NCBI GenBank assembly: GCA_032128375.1 | Contig: JAQBGU010000177.1 | Location: 1-40,433 of the forward strand | Direction of reading: 5' to 3' | Source of the DNA: Deltaproteobacteria bacterium | Lineage (GTDB): Bacteria > Myxococcota_A > UBA9160 > SMWR01 | Length of the DNA stretch: 40,433 bases | In this document: positions 26,383-34,562 of the stretch, in pieces | Numbering within the stretch: the stretch's first letter is position 1 | How the letters are laid out: each line of letters opens with the position of its first letter | Position numbers and translations under genes: made by a program | Notes under the pieces: model-generated | Seen by the model: the letters and a program-made list of their open reading frames with translations, nothing else | Told to the model about the DNA's origin: nothing | Databases searched by the model: none

Positions 26383-28262
26383 GGGGATTGGACCACCGGG
26401 TCGGTCGGGGGGCGCCAGTACACGGTAAACGGGGCGAGTTCGATCTGTTGCGTGTAGTGCCGTTGGATCGCCGCGACGAGTTGCTTCGACAGGCGTGAGA
26501 AGGAGCTTGGCCGGCGTAGCACGACCACGTCGACGTCACGCTGTTCGAGCAGCGCGAGCAGCCGGCGGGTGTGTGTGGGTTTTCCATAATCTGCGGCGAA
26601 CAGGTCGTAGAGGCTGCGGGTCGGATTACGTCGCTCACTCAGGAAGTAGAGTTGCGGGATGTTCGGTGCAGCGTAGATGAATGATCCCTTTGCTGAGTGG
26701 CGCTGAACCTCCTCGACGAGGCGGCCGTAAAGATCGGCGTCCCGCTTGGAGATGTGAAATGGGGCGCGAGCCAGATCGAGGTCGGCACTGGGTTCGAGAG
26801 TTTGGTATCGAAAGCCGAGCTGAAAGGTGGAGCCGGGGATGTTCCAGATCAGAGCGAAGAGCATGTAATAGACCAACACGCAGGCATGCAGACCCAATGG
26901 AGCGGCGGACTGGGCCGCGACAACCTGATGAATTCCCAGAATCACCAGCGGAGCGACATAACAGAAGTAGACACCGGCGGGGTAAGGGAGCTGCAGCGGG
27001 GCGGAAAACGCCGCGGTCGCCGCGATCAAGAACAACGGGACGCGGCGCTCTACTGGCACCGCTACTCCGCCGCGCCAGCCGAGCAGAGCGCAAGCCGACA
27101 GCGCGAGCAGCGGCACTGTGGGTCGTAGCGAGTCCCAGGTGGCCCGGTACACCGGGTCGGTGTTCCCGATCCAGAGCGCCACACCGAGGCCGCACGCCAC
27201 CGCTACAACGACTCCGACGTGTGGGGTCGATACGCGGCGCCGAAAGCCGACGATCAGCAGCGCAGCGAGCGGAAGCGCCGTCCACAGCGAGAAGAGCGGT
27301 GACATCCCGAGTTGAAATTCTGCGAACCGGCGCTTGGGCAGTACAAGCACGCCGGTGTAGAGATCGCCGAGGCTCGACGTAGCTGCGTACGGGATGGCAA
27401 ACAGCGCAATCGGCAGCAGAAGAGCGATTCCGAAGGGCACTCCCATCCGAGTGAGTCGACGCCAGCGGCCGCCGCTCGCGTGCCTGTGCAGAGTCAACTC
27501 GTTGATTGCGAGCGGGCCACACAGGGCGATACCCGGAAGCGCGAAGTGCAGAGCGTTCATTGCGGTGGGTTTCTGGGAAACCAGCGCGACCAACATCGCG
27601 CAGACGCCGAGCAGACCCAGGCCGATGCTGGCCTGATACAGCCGGCTTTGACCTGGCCGAGGCGATTCGAGGCTCACTTGTTGCTCTTGATAAAGGAGCG
27701 TGAGAAGTGCGCCAGCCGCGAAGCCGAGGCCGGTCACCTTGAACAGCACCGAGATTCCGCCACACAGGCCCGCGCCGACGAGCCAGCCCCGGTGTTGCGT
27801 GTCGAAGTAGCGCAACAGCGCGAGCACGCCGAACGTGGCGAGCATCAGGTTGTACCAGGACGCCATCGCGGTGAAATGGTTCGGAAAACTCCAGGCGACG
27901 CACGCAAAAGTGATGAGACCCGCGACCCAGGGAGGTGCAGCTGTGCGGGCGACCGCGAATACCGCCGGAATCCAGACTAACGCGAACGCCAGCAGGACGA
28001 TGCGCAGCGCGAGCAGGTCTACACCGAATGCGCGGAACGTCAGTGCATGGAGAAAGGAGAGACCGCCCGTGTAGATCGCGTCGAAGTCGCGATGCGGCAG
28101 CTCGCCATTCATGGTGCGCTCGGCGGAGTGGCCGAGAGCCCCCTCGTCGCCAGGCAGCCAATCGCGGTTCAGCTGGCTTCCGAGGTAGAGCGCGCTGATC
28201 ATCCATACGATCAGCAGGACTGCGCGTGGGCTCCGGAGCCAAACGCTCGCAGAACCACTCAC
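26379..28262 (-). CDS. GT-C-like multi-pass membrane glycosyltransferase
   Basis: PGDEGAL after TM1, GELPHRDF..YTGG, SVLFKVTG, many TM segments and a soluble C-terminal domain with LYFLSERRNPTR. Start uncertain (GTG 28262 chosen; the track gives 28445). Confidence 0.75.
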   Translation of the reverse strand: MSGSASVWLRSPRAVLLIVWMISALYLGSQLNRDWLPGDEGALGHSAERTMNGELPHRDFDAIYTGGLSFLHALTFRAFGVDLLALRIVLLAFALVWIPAVFAVARTAAPPWVAGLITFACVAWSFPNHFTAMASWYNLMLATFGVLALLRYFDTQHRGWLVGAGLCGGISVLFKVTGLGFAAGALLTLLYQEQQVSLESPRPGQSRLYQASIGLGLLGVCAMLVALVSQKPTAMNALHFALPGIALCGPLAINELTLHRHASGGRWRRLTRMGVPFGIALLLPIALFAIPYAATSSLGDLYTGVLVLPKRRFAEFQLGMSPLFSLWTALPLAALLIVGFRRRVSTPHVGVVVAVACGLGVALWIGNTDPVYRATWDSLRPTVPLLALSACALLGWRGGVAVPVERRVPLFLIAATAAFSAPLQLPYPAGVYFCYVAPLVILGIHQVVAAQSAAPLGLHACVLVYYMLFALIWNIPGSTFQLGFRYQTLEPSADLDLARAPFHISKRDADLYGRLVEEVQRHSAKGSFIYAAPNIPQLYFLSERRNPTRSLYDLFAADYGKPTHTRRLLALLEQRDVDVVVLRRPSSFSRLSKQLVAAIQRHYTQQIELAPFTVYWRPPTDPVVQSP

Positions 28263-28502
28263 TGCAACACTCCCGGCTTTGCGAAGCAACTTGTTGGGAA
28301 CTTCACCAAGCCCTGTGCCGTGTCCTGCGGCATGCCCTGTCGCAAGCCCCGTGGCAAGCACCCTGCCAAGGATCTCGCCCAGTCCGTCGCGCCGCTTCTC
28401 GACCAGCCCCTCACGTCGTACACTGGCGAGCGATTCTACCGGCATTCCTCACCAGGTTGCTACTGCTACCATGCTGCCCGAGTGCAATTCGATCGTTGCC
28501 AC

Positions 28503-29963
28503 GTGACCCAGAGCGCTTCATCCAACCCGCTGTTGTGGTGGCTCCTCGTAGCGGCCTGCGGCGGGCTGTTCGGCTCGGCGTGCTCCGAGCAGGCTGAGCG
28601 CCCGAACGTTCTGTTGATCAGTGTCGACACCCTGCGAGCGGACCGTATCGGTGCGTACGGGTATCGGCTCGACACGACGCCCAACATTGATGCACTTGCC
28701 GCGGGCGGTGCACAATTCACCGATTGCACGGTTGCGTGGCCGAAGACCTGGCCGAGCATCGCGACATTGTTGACCGGGCTCTACCCACAGCGGACCGGAG
28801 TCACCCAAGTTCAGCAGCATCTCGCGCCAGAGCTCACCACCCTGGCCGAAATCTTCGCCGAAGCCGGCTACACCACCGCCGCAGTGGTAGCGAACTTCAA
28901 TATCGGCACGGTATTCGGCTTTGATCAGGGTCATGCGCGCTTTGTCGAGTCGTGGCAGGCACGCTGGGGCGAACTGCAGGGAGCGGCGAGTTTCGGTCGG
29001 CAGCACGCGATCGACGTCAAGGATTATACGAACGCGACGATCGTGACCGACGATGCGTTGCAGCTACTGGACCACTCGGGCTCCGACTTGCCCTTCTTCC
29101 TTTGGCTCCACTACATCGATCCCCACGGCCCCTATCTTCCTCCCGAGCGCTACCAGGAATTTTTCGGTGCCGACCATGCACCTGCACCGGCGCCCGCGAC
29201 CGCCGTGCTGCCCCGCTACCAACTCCAGTACGACAGTGAATCGGGTACTCCGATCACCGACCTCGCACACTACCGGGCGCAGTACGACCGCGAGATCCGT
29301 TACCTCGATGACGAGATCGGTCGATTGTTTGCCGGACTCGAACGGCGCCGGCTCGACAAGAACACCCTGGTCGTATTGGTCGCGGATCACGGCGAGAGTC
29401 TCGGCGAGCACGGCTACTACCTCGAGCACGGCAAGCTCTCCTACCAGGTAAACGCCCACGTCCCCCTGATCGTGTCACAACCGGGTGTCATTTCAGCATC
29501 GCGAATCGATTGGCCGGTCGGCGTGATCGACATCGCGCCGACGCTGCTCGAACTGGCTGGAATAGCGATTCCGGCCGCGCTCGAGGGAACCAGCTTGGCC
29601 GGCCTGATCCGCGGCGAAAGCGACGCTCGCGGCCCCGAGCATGTTTTCATGGGCTCCGGATATCAACCCGCGCGGCCCCAGCTCACGATCCGCAGCGGAA
29701 GCTGGAAGCTGATCGACGTGAGCGCACTTGCGGACCGCCTCGCCATGACGGGCAGCCGCTTCGAGCTCTATGACCTTTCGACCGACCCCGACGAACTGCA
29801 CAACCTGGCCGCGGAGAATCCAGAGCGAGTGGAGCGGCTTGGTGATGTGTTGACTCGCTGGTACGGCGACGGATTCCCGCACCGACCCCAGCCAAGCGCT
29901 CCGCTGAAAACACAAGAGCAGCAAATGCTTCGCCAGCTCGGCTATCTGAGCGAGAAGTCGTAG
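28503..29963 (+). CDS. Sulfatase-fold enzyme, possible lipoprotein, with Thr at the nucleophile position
   Basis: RPNVLLISVDTLRADR, TWPSIATLLTG in place of CxPxR, WLHYIDPHGPY, ADHGE, ELYDL..DPDE..NL and terminal LRQLGY. The leader has LVAAC/GSAC. Start set at GTG 28503. Confidence 0.87.
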   Translation: MTQSASSNPLLWWLLVAACGGLFGSACSEQAERPNVLLISVDTLRADRIGAYGYRLDTTPNIDALAAGGAQFTDCTVAWPKTWPSIATLLTGLYPQRTGVTQVQQHLAPELTTLAEIFAEAGYTTAAVVANFNIGTVFGFDQGHARFVESWQARWGELQGAASFGRQHAIDVKDYTNATIVTDDALQLLDHSGSDLPFFLWLHYIDPHGPYLPPERYQEFFGADHAPAPAPATAVLPRYQLQYDSESGTPITDLAHYRAQYDREIRYLDDEIGRLFAGLERRRLDKNTLVVLVADHGESLGEHGYYLEHGKLSYQVNAHVPLIVSQPGVISASRIDWPVGVIDIAPTLLELAGIAIPAALEGTSLAGLIRGESDARGPEHVFMGSGYQPARPQLTIRSGSWKLIDVSALADRLAMTGSRFELYDLSTDPDELHNLAAENPERVERLGDVLTRWYGDGFPHRPQPSAPLKTQEQQMLRQLGYLSEKS

Positions 29964-30041
29964 CCGGAATCACACCAATTGGTGTCGTTCGCGTCTCGCG
30001 AGCGCGATTTCAGGCTGGCACCGGCTTTCGACGCACTGCCA

Positions 30042-31037
30042 CTACGGGTCGACGCTAATGGCCGGAAGCGCCGCCGGCTCGGGCCGCTGGAATCCCGGGG
30101 TGATCCGGGCGACCCCGTCCGGGGGCAAGAAGGTCACGAGACCCGCGATCATGATGGGGTTCCACCAGCCGACATTCGTGAGAACCTCCAGCATCACGTG
30201 CATCGCGATCAGCGCAAGCGCGCAGAGAGTCCGAACGTGTGGAATCCAGAGCCCCACGCAGGCGGCCGGCTCGAGCGCGAAGACCCCGTACGAAAGCAGC
30301 ACGAGGACCGGCTTCCATGCCTGCAGGTCGAGGGTGAAGCGGCTGAACAGGTCTCGCGAGAGGGCCTCGAAGAGCACCTGTCCCTGCAGCCAATCCGGGT
30401 CGTCGATACGCGCAAAACCCGAGTGGAAGTACATGGCAGCAACGTGGATCTGCAGCAAGCGCATCGGCCAAGCCGGCATCGTTCCATCGGGCGGCGTCTC
30501 CCCACACCGCCTGCGTCTGCATGCGTCGATCGATGCGTAGTCGCCCGCGCGCGAGAGCACCACGTAGGCGGTGAACGGTGCCAGAATTCCCGACCATCCG
30601 TAATGTGCGAACGGATTGACGCTGACGAACAACACGTGGAGCGCGATGGCCGTGCAACCCGCGGCGCGCGTGCATAGACCCAGCGCGAACGCCAGCGAGG
30701 AGGCGAGCAGACAACAGAACAGCGCCACCAACAGTCCCGCGCGTGCCGCTGGCTCGAGTTGGGCGATCAGGGATACGACCGCCAGCGGAACGCGGCCCGC
30801 ATCCACGGCGAGAAATGTCGTGACGAACTCGCGATAGACGGGTGACCAGGCGGTTCCGTCGCCAGCGTAGACACGGGCGAACTCTGGAAGACGCGAAAGT
30901 GCGTGTAGGAAGAGCACGCTGCCGAAAATCCAACGGCACAGGACCATCGCCTGCGCGGGGACCCGTGTGAAGAGCCAGGCTTCGAGCCGGCCCGACGTGT
31001 CTAGCGACTGGAAATTCGCTTCTCGGGCGCCGTTCAC
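30042..31037 (-). CDS. HTTM domain membrane protein
   Basis: CRWIFG, LGLCTR and AWPMRLLQIHVAAMYFHSG...DPDWLQG, plus a conserved E and H in the last helices. The GTG start at 31037 overlaps the upstream stop. Confidence 0.83.
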   Translation of the reverse strand: MNGAREANFQSLDTSGRLEAWLFTRVPAQAMVLCRWIFGSVLFLHALSRLPEFARVYAGDGTAWSPVYREFVTTFLAVDAGRVPLAVVSLIAQLEPAARAGLLVALFCCLLASSLAFALGLCTRAAGCTAIALHVLFVSVNPFAHYGWSGILAPFTAYVVLSRAGDYASIDACRRRRCGETPPDGTMPAWPMRLLQIHVAAMYFHSGFARIDDPDWLQGQVLFEALSRDLFSRFTLDLQAWKPVLVLLSYGVFALEPAACVGLWIPHVRTLCALALIAMHVMLEVLTNVGWWNPIMIAGLVTFLPPDGVARITPGFQRPEPAALPAISVDP

Positions 31038-31687
31038 GACCCACTCAGGGGTGGCCAGTGTCTCGCAAGTGTGTCTGCGTCGGGCCTCCACGAGACGAAT
31101 ACGCCCTGCTCGCGGTCTTCCCTCCAGCGAAGCAACGCAACAGTCTTGTTGCTTTCGGCGCCCGTCGCGTAGTCGATCCTCGATTCCGTCCAGAGCAGCG
31201 CGTAGCGGTCGGGTGAGAGGGCGTCGGCCGCAGCGCGTCGGCGGAAGTGCTCCGCCATCGACTCGGCGAGCAGGCGCGGATAGGAGACCCGCGACCGTGG
31301 TAGAGCGCCGGCGCGATGCGATGCGATCGCAGAGCGCAGACCCATCGCCAGCCGGTACAACGCAATGTCCTCGCCGCGGATCCAGATGCGCGGCTCGGGC
31401 GTCGGACACACGCGATGCGCGTCTGGATACAGCCTGTGCGCTGAGCCCGAGCCGCCATCCACGCGGACCTCGAAGCATTGCACGGTGATTTTCTCGTCAG
31501 GCGAGACACCCGCGTTGGAAGTGAAGACGGCGACGCCACCGGGAACCCCGAACCATCCGAGCACGGCCCGGCACAAGGCTGCCGGCGGATCAAACAGCGG
31601 GGGCCGGATCTCGTGGCGCCACGCGGCCATGATCACCACCGACGTGTAGGCGATGATGGCCGCGACACCGATCCTGCGCCGTGTCAT
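31034..31687 (-). CDS. Hypothetical membrane-anchored protein coupled to the HTTM gene
   Basis: GGAGGT RBS and an MTRRRIGVAAIIAYTSVVIMAAW anchor. GTGA overlap with the HTTM gene. Confidence 0.68.
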   Translation of the reverse strand: MTRRRIGVAAIIAYTSVVIMAAWRHEIRPPLFDPPAALCRAVLGWFGVPGGVAVFTSNAGVSPDEKITVQCFEVRVDGGSGSAHRLYPDAHRVCPTPEPRIWIRGEDIALYRLAMGLRSAIASHRAGALPRSRVSYPRLLAESMAEHFRRRAAADALSPDRYALLWTESRIDYATGAESNKTVALLRWREDREQGVFVSWRPDADTLARHWPPLSGS

Positions 31688-31957
31688 GGACCGACCTCCC
31701 CGAACCCGTCGGTGTAAGCGAACTGGCAACATCCTCGCGGCCCAACGACGCTGGCCGCTGGTTCGTCAGGTCCACTGCGATAGCTGAGTGCTGCCAGCCA
31801 CGTACATCGAGCGGGACTACCGCCAACCCGAGCAGCGACACGTGTAATCCCGCTGCGGGGAGCGGCAGCGACTATCTCGCGCTGATGCGTGCTTGGCAAG
31901 TGCCATCCGAATGGAGGACTGCCCCTGTGATATTGTCTGTAGGGCTGGTAGAAGGCA

Positions 31958-32995
31958 ATGAAATCGATCAGCGATGCGTTCAAGGATCCGCGGGGCGCCC
32001 TCTATCACGGAGGCGCGGTCGCATACTCTTTGTTGGCTTGCGGGGTAGGCGTCGCAGCGCTGTTCGCGCAGGGCTGGGCCGTCAACGCAATTGCGACACT
32101 TTTGTTGGCGCACGGCATGACGGTGGCCGCGTACATGGTCCACGAGTGCGCGCACAGCACGGTATTCCGAACCAGTGCCTCGAACGATCGCCTCGGACGG
32201 GCCTTGACCTGGATCTGCGGCGCCTGCTACGGGAGATTCGAGGACATCCGCTACAAGCACTTTCGACACCACGTAGACGTCGATGACGTGGTGTGGTTCG
32301 ACTACGAGCGCTTCTTCCGCGAGCACCCCATCGCGCTCCAGGTCACACAGCTCCTCGAGTTCCTGTATATTCCCGCCCACGATCTGCTGATGCACGCCCT
32401 GATGGTGACGACGTCTTTTGTCATTCCGCCGCGACGCGATCAACGCTGGCGCAACCTCCGGGTGATCCTGATTCGCGGCTCCGTTTTCTTTGCGGTCGCG
32501 TTTTTCGCCCCAAAGGCAGCGGCGCTGTACGCCGTCGCCTACATGATCATGATTACCATCCTGCGTTTCATGGACAGCCTGCAGCACGACTACGGCTACA
32601 ACGTCACCCTCTTTGGCACGGAGCCCCCGCCGAGGCGCGGCAATCGCATCTGGGAGCAGGAGCACACTTTCAGCAATCCACACTCGTTTCGACACGACTG
32701 GCTGAACTGGTTCACCCTCAATTTCGGTTTTCACAACGCGCATCACGCGCGCATGTCCGTTCCCTGGTACCGACTTCCAGCGCTGCATCGTGAGCTGTTC
32801 GGAAACGACCCGGCGAATCTGATTCCTTTCTGGCCCCAGCTGAAGGCCTTTCACCGCTATCGGGTGACGCGAATCGTCGGTGCGGCGGGCGCGGCAGACG
32901 AAGCTTCCGAGGCATGGGGGCGGGGCTTTCTCGAGGCCGCCCGAGAAGGCCGGGTAACCGGAGGCAACGCAGCCTCGTTTCTGACCTCCTTTTGA
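31958..32995 (+). CDS. Membrane fatty-acid desaturase family protein
   Basis: Three His boxes (HECAH, HFRHH, HNAHH), VPWYRLP and TM segments. Confidence 0.92.
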   Translation: MKSISDAFKDPRGALYHGGAVAYSLLACGVGVAALFAQGWAVNAIATLLLAHGMTVAAYMVHECAHSTVFRTSASNDRLGRALTWICGACYGRFEDIRYKHFRHHVDVDDVVWFDYERFFREHPIALQVTQLLEFLYIPAHDLLMHALMVTTSFVIPPRRDQRWRNLRVILIRGSVFFAVAFFAPKAAALYAVAYMIMITILRFMDSLQHDYGYNVTLFGTEPPPRRGNRIWEQEHTFSNPHSFRHDWLNWFTLNFGFHNAHHARMSVPWYRLPALHRELFGNDPANLIPFWPQLKAFHRYRVTRIVGAAGAADEASEAWGRGFLEAAREGRVTGGNAASFLTSF

Positions 32996-33009
32996 CCCGC
33001 CGTCGAGCC

Positions 33010-33813
33010 GTGACGCACGCCGATCAGACCGTGCCCGATTGGGTGATCGGATGCATGGAACGGAAATACATTGTTCTCGAAGGCGTGCGGGATCCCTCTC
33101 CCGCGATCTGGGTCCAGACCGGTTCCCAGTATATCGATATCCGTATTCCCCATGATCGACCGCAGTTTCGGGGCAAGCGCTCGCTGAACGACCTCGGGAT
33201 CGAGGAGTTGTTCGAACTGGCTCGCCAGTCGGCCGACACCGGAGTGTGCAGGATCGAAAACCGACTGGCCACCTGGAACAGTTGGGCAGACCGATTCGGA
33301 TTCTGGTGCGACGAAGCTGACATCTTCCCCGACGATGGCTGTCTCGAGCCGAGGCGGGGCACGATTTTCGAAACCGAGACGGAAAACAGTGGAGTGAAGT
33401 ACGAGGAGGCTTGGGTTCTGCAACCCTACGATCAGGGAATCGTCGCCCACCTGACGCTGCGCCCGCTGGCGGATCCGGCCGCGGTGCTGGGTGTGCTGCT
33501 CGTCACCGGCCGCTACGCGGGATACGTCGAGAGCAGCACCAGCGCCAACCCGGCGAGCCTGCAGGCACAGCTCGGGGCGGCGAACGGTGACCTCGCGCGC
33601 ATGCGCCAGATCCTGGACTGCGAGGCGAGCTACGCGGTCCGCGAGCGCGTCGGGGCTCCGTTCGTCATCCGCCACAGCTGTCTGCCCTTTCGCGAGGGCC
33701 GGGAGTTGGACGTGCCCGTGATGAGCCGGCCGATTCTCGAGCGAGAAACGAGCTTGCGCGCGCGGCGCGACGACGCTGCCTGGCGGGTCGAATCATGGCT
33801 CATCAAACGCTGA
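33010..33813 (+). CDS. Hypothetical protein, HRI1-like motif pattern
   Basis: WVQTGSQYIDIRIP..RP and YEEAW motifs. GTG start 15 nt after the desaturase stop. Confidence 0.6.
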   Translation: MTHADQTVPDWVIGCMERKYIVLEGVRDPSPAIWVQTGSQYIDIRIPHDRPQFRGKRSLNDLGIEELFELARQSADTGVCRIENRLATWNSWADRFGFWCDEADIFPDDGCLEPRRGTIFETETENSGVKYEEAWVLQPYDQGIVAHLTLRPLADPAAVLGVLLVTGRYAGYVESSTSANPASLQAQLGAANGDLARMRQILDCEASYAVRERVGAPFVIRHSCLPFREGRELDVPVMSRPILERETSLRARRDDAAWRVESWLIKR

Positions 33814-33835
33814 GAAGCGCAGCAAGGGGTGTCCA

Positions 33836-34495
33836 TTGACCGACTTCGAGATCACTCACCGCAACCAGATCCGGCAGGTTCGTGAATACGCACGTTATGA
33901 CCACGAAACGGTGCACGCCGTGCTCGACGCGGGGCTCGTGGCGCACGTTGGTTTCGTTTCGGACGGACAACCGTTCGTGGTTCCCATGCTGCACGGGCGC
34001 GACGGGCAGACGCTCTTCCTGCACGGCGCCCGCAAGGCGCGCATCGCGAAGTTGCTCGCGTCGGGGGCGTCGGTGTGCGTGAACGTCACGTTGCTCGACG
34101 GCATCGTGGCGGCGCGCTCGGCGTTCAACTCGTCGATCAACTACCGATCGGCCACGGTTTTCGGCGCGGGTCGGTTGCTCGAAGAGCGCGACGCGCAGCT
34201 GCACGCGCTGAAGGTGATCTCCGACCGGGTCTTCCCCGGGCGTTGGGGGGAGCTGCGCGAACCGCTCGAGCGCGAGATTGCAGCGACGGGAGTGATCGCG
34301 CTGCCCATCGAGACTGCGTCGGCGAAGATCGCCGATAGTCCTCCCGACGACGAGGAGGACGACTACGCGATCCGAGTCTGGGCGGGCGTGATCCCCATCG
34401 AGACGCGCCTGGGCCGCCCCGCCGCCGATGACCGCGTGCTACCAGGAGTCGCGGTGTCCGAAGCGATCGCCGCGTTGGAGGGCAGGCGCCTGTAG
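33836..34495 (+). CDS. Pyridoxamine 5'-phosphate oxidase-like flavin-binding protein
   Basis: VLDAGLVAHVGF, PFVVPM, LFLHG, VTLLDGIVAARSAFNSSINYRSATVFG and WAGVIP. Confidence 0.9.
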   Translation: MTDFEITHRNQIRQVREYARYDHETVHAVLDAGLVAHVGFVSDGQPFVVPMLHGRDGQTLFLHGARKARIAKLLASGASVCVNVTLLDGIVAARSAFNSSINYRSATVFGAGRLLEERDAQLHALKVISDRVFPGRWGELREPLEREIAATGVIALPIETASAKIADSPPDDEEDDYAIRVWAGVIPIETRLGRPAADDRVLPGVAVSEAIAALEGRRL

Positions 34496-34562
34496 CCCGG
34501 CGCTTTGAATACACGGTGGCTCGTGCTGCAATATTGTGTCGCATGCCAGCGATGCCCGCACG

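Noticed and set aside
26635..28242. 535-aa alternate-frame ORF and other long shadow ORFs (e.g. 21008-22270, 31817-32854)
   Set aside because: They are Arg/Ala/Pro-rich, motif-free translations overlapping confident genes, typical of high-GC codon bias.
29972..29985. Perfect 14-bp palindrome ACACCAATTGGTGT between convergent genes
   Set aside because: It has no loop or U-tract for a terminator and is not upstream of any gene. A single occurrence could be chance.
31690..31957. Possible small precursor peptide for the HTTM pair
   Set aside because: The short ORFs here overlap neighbours and lack a convincing RBS, signal peptide or precursor-like composition.
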